Source: Acaryochloris marina S15
GTDB lineage: Bacteria > Cyanobacteriota > Cyanobacteriia > Thermosynechococcales > Thermosynechococcaceae
DNA: 32,000 nucleotides
Assembly (NCBI RefSeq): GCF_018336915.1
Contig: NZ_CP064923.1
Coordinates: 5,070,001-5,102,000 of the forward strand
Direction: 5' to 3'
Shown here: positions 26,308-32,000 of the stretch, in pieces
Layout of the letters: each line of letters starts with the position of its first letter
Numbering within the stretch: the first letter of the stretch is position 1
Translations under genes and position numbers: made by a program
The notes under the pieces: model-generated
Told to the model about the DNA's origin: nothing
Databases searched by the model: none
What the model saw: the letters and a program-made list of their open reading frames with translations, nothing else

Positions 26308-27694
26308 GGCTCTCTGGGAATTAGCGTGGTAGCCGCTAGATATAGTGTTTAGGTCAAGGCAAAAGTCTGATACCCATTGAGGTCAAGCGAAATCCTTTGG
26401 AAGAGCCTTTCAATATCGAAAATACCGTAGCATCGTCTTTTTAGGACCTTAACTCGGTTGTTAAATCCTTCGACAAAGCCACTGGTCCATCCCTCCAGAA
26501 AATAGTTGGTCATCTCATCCATCCAATTGTTGACAGTGGTCAGGAAACTCTCAAAATCCTTGATGTCACTTTTGAGGACTCGTTTACACCAAGCCCGGAT
26601 GGCACATTTAGCTCCGTTTTTGGTGTACCTACCCTCAAATATCTGTGTCAATTCCTCTCGGAGTTTGTAGGCCTGCTTCATCTCAGGAGAATAAGCAAAC
26701 ACTCGCTCAAGCAACTGTTGTTCTGACTCCTGGAGATTCTCAGGCCGTTTTCGAAAGGCCCACATCGCACCTTTGATACTGTCATAGTCTTGCTTAGGGA
26801 GTTCTTGGCGTAGACGTTTGACCTCCCGTTTACGAACCGTATCGGCACAATTACGATAGGCTTTGGCCACATGAAAGCGGTCAATGACAACTTTTGTTTG
26901 AGGGAGTTGTTCACGGACTGCACTGACAAATCCTTGATACATATCAGTACAAACCCGCTCAATGGTTTGGCGTAAATGAAGGGGAATCGATTGAAGGAAA
27001 TTTGCAACGGTCTGTTGTTTACGGTCAGCCAGAACTGCCAATATGTCGACTCCGCCTGTGGTAGGAATCGTGATCAAAACTACAAAATCACGGTGGCCTC
27101 TTTTCAGAGAAATCTCATCAATCCCGATGACTTGGAGGTCTAAATATTCGCTCCAGTCAACTTGACAGGCAATCCAGCGATCAATGGTGCCACTGACGAC
27201 ATCCTCACTAACGCCTAGTTTCCTAGCAACATCTGAGACCGTTGAGTTGATCAGGATACGCAGAAGCCAATGCTCATAAGCTTTGGTATTGGGACTACGA
27301 GGTTCATGCCATTCTAAGCGTTGAGTTGTTGTGGGATGGTCATCGCAATACCCGCATCGATAGCGCTTGGGCCGAATTTCTAAATACACTGGTACTTCGA
27401 ACAATGGCAAGTGACGAATTCGAAGAGCCTGATCATGGCAGTGAAGGTCAGTAATCTCATGTCCACATTTGTGGCAGGTTGTTCCTTGCAGAGTACTCTC
27501 AATTTTGATCAGCCAATCCCCTCGTTCCGTCTTCGATAGCTCTAGAACTTGAACATCGGGAAGGTTGAGGGGAATGCGAATTGAGTTATCCATGACACTC
27601 TCGTTCTGAAGTACCTCCTCAGATCATTCCATAGGAGATGACTAAGGAATAAACACTATATGTAGGGTGTCACCACGCTAATTACCGGAGAGCC
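26308..27694 (-). mobile_element. ISL3-family insertion sequence (1387 bp) with 8-bp target-site duplication
   Basis: The terminal inverted repeats are GGCTCTCTGGGAATTAGCGTGGT (26308-26330) and the reverse complement of 27672-27694, GGCTCTCCGGTAATTAGCGTGGT (21 of 23 match). A subterminal ATATAGTGTTTA occurs at both ends (26340-26351 and complement of 27650-27661). The flanks are a perfect direct GATTTTGG repeat. One intact transposase ORF lies inside. Confidence 0.9.
26349..27593 (-). CDS. ISL3-family transposase
   Basis: 414 aa. The N-terminal zinc finger is CHKCGH...CHD...CGYC. The DDE_Tnp_ISL3-like core includes IGIDEISLKRGHRDFVVLI, VCTDMYQGF, VIDRFHV and EGFNNRVKVLKRRCYG. Confidence 0.9.
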   Translation of the reverse strand: MDNSIRIPLNLPDVQVLELSKTERGDWLIKIESTLQGTTCHKCGHEITDLHCHDQALRIRHLPLFEVPVYLEIRPKRYRCGYCDDHPTTTQRLEWHEPRSPNTKAYEHWLLRILINSTVSDVARKLGVSEDVVSGTIDRWIACQVDWSEYLDLQVIGIDEISLKRGHRDFVVLITIPTTGGVDILAVLADRKQQTVANFLQSIPLHLRQTIERVCTDMYQGFVSAVREQLPQTKVVIDRFHVAKAYRNCADTVRKREVKRLRQELPKQDYDSIKGAMWAFRKRPENLQESEQQLLERVFAYSPEMKQAYKLREELTQIFEGRYTKNGAKCAIRAWCKRVLKSDIKDFESFLTTVNNWMDEMTNYFLEGWTSGFVEGFNNRVKVLKRRCYGIFDIERLFQRISLDLNGYQTFALT

Positions 27695-27702
27695 GATTTT
27701 GG
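27695..27702. repeat. Target-site duplication (right copy) of the ISL3 element
   Basis: GATTTTGG directly abuts the right inverted repeat. Confidence 0.85.
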
Positions 27703-28289
27703 TTAAGTCTGCGATCGGTCAATTAATTATGAAGGGGAATGCTGTGAGACATGTTGAGAAGGAAGTGCCTGAGCTGCTTGATAGGACGCTATCACTAGAG
27801 CTATTATTCCCAACTAGAAGAAGGCAATCGCAAAGGCATTTGTTATCCAACACCACCCGCAATGATCATCTCTTTCACACGACCTTGATCAATCCAAATG
27901 AAAAAGCCCCCGTAGTACTTAATCAAACCACCGACATGATGATCTTCAGATACATATATGGGTGACTGGCCATTGTACACTTCATCTCTAGCCCCCTCTC
28001 CACATATCCCATGACTTGAGAGTTCAGTTATCCTTGGACCACACATCCTACCGTCACCATAGAGTTCAAGAAACGTTTGTTTTGAATCACCAATCTTAAG
28101 CCCAAGCTTCGTTTGCAGTTGTGAAGGTGACTTTATAGAAATGTCATAAACACGTTGGGGACTGTCTTGAGTATCAGAGACCATGAGTAAGGCAATACCC
28201 TGTTGAGGGTATTCCCAATATTGTGCATAGCGAAAAGTAGGCCCTCCCCCCCAGAACTGCTTTTTGCCTTTACTTTTTGGGGGACCTAG

Positions 28290-28297
28290 AAATGCAA
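28290..28297. repeat. Target-site duplication (left copy) of the IS1 element
   Basis: AAATGCAA abuts the left inverted repeat. It is identical to 29201-29208. Confidence 0.85.
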
Positions 28298-28306
28298 GGT
28301 CGTGCA

Positions 28307-28807
28307 TCAAACAATTGTGGGGTAGGTGAGTATGTCATCCCAATGCCAAGCTCGCGAGGCTAGATCAGCACGTTGTGCCGCCGTTGTTTTAAGCCGACTG
28401 TGTGTCCAAATCCAATTGAAATAGCTGACCACTAATCGAGCAGTGACTTTGGTTTGCGCCCACACTTTGCCAAATTTGTTCTGGCGTCGATGCCATCGAC
28501 CACTGTGCTGCCGAATAATGCCATTGGTGCGTTCGAGTCGTTGAGTTCTGTCCTTGCCAATGTAATGGTCAATCTCCCAAGGCAACACTCTTTCGTACCC
28601 CCCCCAATCGTCGCTATTCCAGTCCTTGCAATCGGTCTTACCTTCAGTGCTAGTCACCAGTTCATTCAATAATGAATCGGTGTGCTTGCCCACACGACAC
28701 GAGAGGATCACGCCGCTTGTGTTTGCCAAGGTAATCGCCATCCAACAATCACCCATCTCTAGCTCATGGGGAAGACAGTGTTTTTGCTTTTTTTCACAAA
28801 GGACCAC
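28307..28807 (-). CDS. insB: IS1 InsB-like DDE transposase frame (expressed as InsAB' by -1 frameshift)
   Basis: This frame is -1 relative to insA and overlaps it by 49 nt. The A7 run is the complement of 28788-28794. The content is DDE-like: DCWMAITL, NSDDWGGYERVLP, TNGIIRQHSGRWHRRQNKF. Confidence 0.8.
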   Translation of the reverse strand: MVLCEKKQKHCLPHELEMGDCWMAITLANTSGVILSCRVGKHTDSLLNELVTSTEGKTDCKDWNSDDWGGYERVLPWEIDHYIGKDRTQRLERTNGIIRQHSGRWHRRQNKFGKVWAQTKVTARLVVSYFNWIWTHSRLKTTAAQRADLASRAWHWDDILTYPTIV

Positions 28808-29136
28808 ATTTCATCTGCACTGACATCCTCCGTTTCAACGGCTTGCACTTGGCCATTATGGAGTTGCTGAGATCGTTGGCTAGCAGCTCTTACTAGAGAG
28901 ACTACAGTGTTGTAAGCTAGGCCACTGGTCCGAGTGATACCTCGAAGACTACTCCCTTCTGCATGGGCTTGGAGGACTTGTCGGACCTGCTCTGGACTCA
29001 CCTGACGACGATAGTAAAGGGTATCAAAGCGTTCAGTAAAGGTCTGCTGGCACTCAGGACAACGGTATCGTTGAAGCATGTTGGGCATCTTGCCATGCTT
29101 GTGTGCTTTGGAATGACCGCATAGTGGGCATTGCAT
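28759..29136 (-). CDS. insA: IS1 InsA-like protein (zinc finger + HTH)
   Basis: 125 aa. The zinc finger is CPLCGH...YRCPECQQTF, followed by an HTH-like SLRGITRTSGLAYNTVVSLV. It ends shortly after GTG AAA AAA AGC. Confidence 0.8.
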   Translation of the reverse strand: MQCPLCGHSKAHKHGKMPNMLQRYRCPECQQTFTERFDTLYYRRQVSPEQVRQVLQAHAEGSSLRGITRTSGLAYNTVVSLVRAASQRSQQLHNGQVQAVETEDVSADEMWSFVKKSKNTVFPMS

Positions 29137-29200
29137 GGGTAGGTTAGAAGCTGAGCTGAGCCTCTAGTATACTCAACCCACAATTACTTGAGGCACGACC

Positions 29201-29208
29201 AAATGCAA
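29201..29208. repeat. Target-site duplication (right copy) of the IS1 element
   Basis: AAATGCAA abuts the right inverted repeat. Confidence 0.85.
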
Positions 29209-29868
29209 CAACATCAGCTGCAGAAGAACCTTTTTCGAGCTTTCCAAAAGCCTCAGAGAAGTTTGGGGTAACAATACCCAAAGACTCGGTTTCTCCACGT
29301 GCCCTGTCATCTTCCGTAACCAAAGGTGCTTGGATAGTGTTTATCAATGCTGGCTGGGCTGGACTTGTATGTTCAACTGATTGAGCAATGCCATCAGATA
29401 GCAAACTAGTATTTGCACAAACAACAACCCCGACATAAGCAAGTTTTACCCAGATCTTATGCAAATAGCTCAACTGCAATAATAAATTTGTCATCGTGTT
29501 TTCTCACAGTTATGCTCTCCCCCAAAGCGTTGTGTAGATATACGGATTAATTAGAACATAAATGTTTGAAACTCATTTATGGTAGAGATGAGCCATTCAC
29601 ACTCGGCTAAATATCTACATTTACAAGGATAAATGGTAACTACTCAGACGGCAGTCTTGACATTGCAGGAGCACCAGTAAAAACTCTTCTAGGCAATCTT
29701 TTGCTGTCTCAAAATCGAAATATAAATGTGAACATGGCAGATCTACTAGGCACCTGCCAATGAAAAATTGCTGTAATCTATGGCTACATCCTCCAAACAG
29801 GAGTTGGACATTGGTTAAACCCAGAGTCTTCTTTACAATGAGGTGGCTGTCACAGATCTCCCACGGCT

Positions 29869-30375
29869 ATGAGCACCAAGGCAACATCAGGCAACTTTGT
29901 CGCCATTGATTTTGAAACAGCAGATTATCAAAGAGATAGTGCTTGTGCCATTGGCGTAATCCGCGTAGAAGATGACCAGATTGTTGATCGCTCCCACTTC
30001 TTAATCCGCCCCCCACGTCAGAAATTTCAATTCACTCATATTCACGGCATTACCTGGTCAGATGTAAAACATCATCCAACCTTTGCCGAGCTGTGGCCAA
30101 ATCTTCAACCTAAATTTGCTGGTAGTGACTTTGTCGCGGCCCACAATGCCAATTTTGATCGGTCAGTTCTCAATGCATGTTGCCAGATAGCAGAGTTAGA
30201 TCCCTTACCGCTCCCTTTTCTCTGTACCGTCCAGCTTGCTCGGGAAGTATGGAACATTCGACCGACAAAATTACCCAACGTTTGTGACTTCTTAGATATC
30301 CCATTACAGCACCACCAAGCCCTTTCAGATGCCGAAGCCTGCGCCAAAATAGTGATCGCAGCTCGGCAACAGTGA
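29869..30375 (+). CDS. DEDDh 3'-5' exonuclease (DnaQ / RNase T superfamily)
   Basis: 168 aa. ExoI is FVAIDFETAD, ExoII is VAHNANFDRSVL and ExoIII is HHQALSDAEACAKIV. Confidence 0.85.
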   Translation: MSTKATSGNFVAIDFETADYQRDSACAIGVIRVEDDQIVDRSHFLIRPPRQKFQFTHIHGITWSDVKHHPTFAELWPNLQPKFAGSDFVAAHNANFDRSVLNACCQIAELDPLPLPFLCTVQLAREVWNIRPTKLPNVCDFLDIPLQHHQALSDAEACAKIVIAARQQ

Positions 30376-30516
30376 ATGGTTTTACCTTTGAGTGGCTGGG
30401 CTGATGGCCTAATTGATATTGTTCAACCTCATTCCTGAAGCGAAGAAAGTCGGTTCTTGACCCTTGCCATGATCTGAATCGAGAGTCCAACATAACGGTT
30501 GAGGGATTAAACCTCG

Positions 30517-31083
30517 TCAAGAGTCAGCATTCAGTTCCAAAGTCATCAAGTACTCATCATAGAATTGTCCATCTTTGATAAAGGTTTCCGGCTCTGTACC
30601 GTAGATATGGAAGTCAAAAGATTGGTAAAGGCGAATGGCACTTTTTTGTTGGGTGACAACCGTTAAGTTGACCCGCCTGATGCCAGCAATCATCGCTGCT
30701 CGATGTAAGGCTTGACTCACCAGCGCTCTGCCACAGCCACGTCTACGAAAGTCGGGTAGGACATAAAGGCCCGCCAGATAAGCACGATGTTTTTCGTTAG
30801 CGGCTTCATAGCGAGACAATCGAACAATGCCGAGGAGCTGTTTGCCTTGAAAGGCACCAAAGAAGCAACGATCCTCACTCTCGGCTAGTCGAACAGCAGT
30901 TTCAGCGAGATTGGGTTCTGTTTCGGGGAGGGAACCAAAAGCTGGAGGCCGTTCATGGAGTGCACGCAGGCGCACTGAACGATATACTTCTGCATCAGTA
31001 GGCGTCAGCACCCGTGTACTGATACTGGACTCTAGGATTGGGTGATCGTCCATATAATGGGCAGCATATTGCCTACTCTGCAA
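30517..31083 (-). CDS. GNAT-family N-acetyltransferase
   Basis: 188 aa. The acetyl-CoA-binding motif A region is LYVLPDFRRRGCGRALVSQAL, followed by AIRLYQSFDFHIYG. The start could instead be the second Met (MDDHPIL). Confidence 0.85.
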   Translation of the reverse strand: MQSRQYAAHYMDDHPILESSISTRVLTPTDAEVYRSVRLRALHERPPAFGSLPETEPNLAETAVRLAESEDRCFFGAFQGKQLLGIVRLSRYEAANEKHRAYLAGLYVLPDFRRRGCGRALVSQALHRAAMIAGIRRVNLTVVTQQKSAIRLYQSFDFHIYGTEPETFIKDGQFYDEYLMTLELNADS

Positions 31084-31175
31084 TGATTAAGAGATTGAGT
31101 CTCACTGTTCCAAACAGATACTTTCATTGTTGTGGCGTTAGATTGAACTTATCAGAATTCAGTAAGAGTTAGAGA

Positions 31176-31427
31176 ATGGTAGCCGTTGATATGGAGCAAT
31201 ATATCGCAGCTAGTGAGATCATTGACTAGCATCATCCTGACATTGTTGCCCTGACCAATCACTTAGCTTCAATCTGTGAAGCATTGAGTGCGATGGCCGT
31301 TAGCGAAGCTCCTTCTCTGGAGGCAGGCCGGTCAAAGACCATCGCATACAACACCTGCCAACGAGTCGGCGATCAGATTCACCATCAATCTCGATACCAG
31401 GCACATCCTGTAATACACACACGGTAG
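31176..31427 (+). pseudogene. Possible decayed N-terminal remnant of a transglutaminase-like protein gene
   Basis: The frame reads MVAVDMEQYIAASEIID*HHPDIVALTNHLAS...TIAYNTCQRVGDQIHHQSRYQAHPV and ends at TAG 31425-31427. An in-frame TAG (31227-31229) sits where related proteins, as I recall them, carry Trp/Asp in an (E/Q)YLxxTExID-x-HP motif. The fragment is too short to be functional. The call rests on memory only. Confidence 0.3.
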
Positions 31428-32000
31428 ATCAGTGAGAGGACTCATCGATTACTTCAAGATGGGGTAGAGTCATCCTACTTTTTATCCAGGTTATTAAAAC
31501 AGGCCTAGATTCTTTAGGTAATAGAGAGCTGATCTAATACTTGCAATCAACATTTGATCTTTGTATGTAAAATCTACAAAAGAAAAAAGCAAAGAAATAT
31601 TTCTTCATTCTAGGCCTAGTCTATCAAGACAATATATATGAGTTCTGACAAAGATAGATATAGCTCACTTTTATGTTGTAAATACTGGCCCGAGTATATC
31701 AAAAAGATAGGAGCATACTATAGAAGCAGGAAAAAAATACAGCTGCAAGCCTATATCTGAAAGCTTTCCAGAAATCCCTTAGAACCTTTTAGACTCATAT
31801 CGCTGTTAAAGATCACGTTTAAAAACAAGAAGTATCACGTTGTTGATGTGATCCAGGTTAGATAAACAGAAAGACTTTACCGATACCTTGTAAGAAGAGA
31901 GACAAACAGATTGAAAGCAAGTTTCTCGGTTATCTATTACTAATAAACAGAGAACTCAAAATGGCTTCATCTGGAGAATCTCTGATCAATCAGTCAACGT

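Larger units (their letters stand above)
28298..29200 (-). mobile_element. IS1-family insertion sequence (903 bp) with 8-bp target-site duplication
   Basis: The inverted repeats are GGTCGTGCATCAAACAATTGTGGG (28298-28321) and the reverse complement of 29177-29200, GGTCGTGCCTCAAGTAATTGTGGG (21 of 24 match). The flanks are a direct AAATGCAA repeat. insA and insB-like ORFs are joined by an A7 slippery run. Confidence 0.85.
27843..29494 (-). pseudogene. Secreted hypothetical-protein gene split by an IS1-family insertion
   Basis: The N-terminal 98 codons (29494-29201) contain a hydrophobic signal-like segment, KLAYVGVVVCANTSLL. They read ...AADVVAF through the right TSD copy. The frame resumes exactly after the left TSD copy (28289 downward) as LGPPKSKGKKQFW... 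and runs to the stop at 27843. Removing 28298-29200 and one TSD copy gives an uninterrupted 246-codon ORF. Confidence 0.75.

Noticed and set aside
26340-26351. The 12-mer ATATAGTGTTTA in both subterminal regions of the ISL3 element is identical to the core of the first NrdR-box-like site (8833-8844)
   Set aside because: It is a short AT-rich match. In the IS it is part of the element's own subterminal inverted repeat, probably a transposase-binding site. Nothing else links it to NrdR, so I treat it as coincidence.
27699-27965. 88-aa plus-strand ORF between the ISL3 element and the split gene
   Set aside because: It starts 5 nt after the ISL3 right end, inside the right target-site duplication. 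It overlaps the 3' end of the minus-strand pseudogene fragment antisense, with no recognisable features.
31962-32000. ATG-initiated frame (MASSGESLINQST) at the right edge
   Set aside because: Only 13 codons are visible, which is too little to support a CDS call.
1-32000. Search for CRISPR arrays, rRNA, tRNA, retron/DGR-like repeats or long tandem repeats
   Set aside because: I saw no regularly spaced direct repeats and no rRNA or tRNA signatures. The only tandem repeat is the 2x palindrome at 18717-18753, and the other repeats are explained by IS ends and target duplications.

Overview
The window looks like a cyanobacterial chromosomal segment. Supporting signs are a phycobiliprotein gene, a plant-type (BciA-like) chlorophyll 8-vinyl reductase, a CruA/CruP-like flavoprotein, a 4-Cys-prefix signalling protein and six perfect HIP1 palindromes (GCGATCGC). 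Gene content and the insertion sequence (IS) load fit an Acaryochloris-like organism, but I cannot verify that. I call about 21 intact host CDS plus one partial CDS at the left edge. They include a membrane PP2C phosphatase coupled to an SIS protein, an orphan divergent apcB-like gene, an ABC1 kinase, and a class II ribonucleotide reductase split into a core and a separate TSCPD/Cys-rich tail protein with NrdR-box-like sites upstream. Others are a HAD hydrolase, an FHA-PAS-GAF histidine kinase, a MarR regulator with a tandem palindromic operator, a 1073-aa homolog of the phosphorylase kinase alpha/beta subunits, a bciA-methyltransferase pair, a DEDDh exonuclease and a GNAT. Three IS elements from different families (IS630, ISL3, IS1) can be delimited to the base by inverted repeats and target-site duplications. 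The IS1 copy splits a secreted-protein gene that can be rebuilt in frame. I found no CRISPR array, tRNA or rRNA gene. I do not see a convincing new multi-gene (for example defence-type) system. The best candidates for follow-up are the split NrdJ, the atypical ApcB-like protein, the MarR locus with its Cys/His tail, the PhK-like protein and the PP2C-SIS pair. All homology statements come from reading the translations and remembered family motifs, not from database searches.
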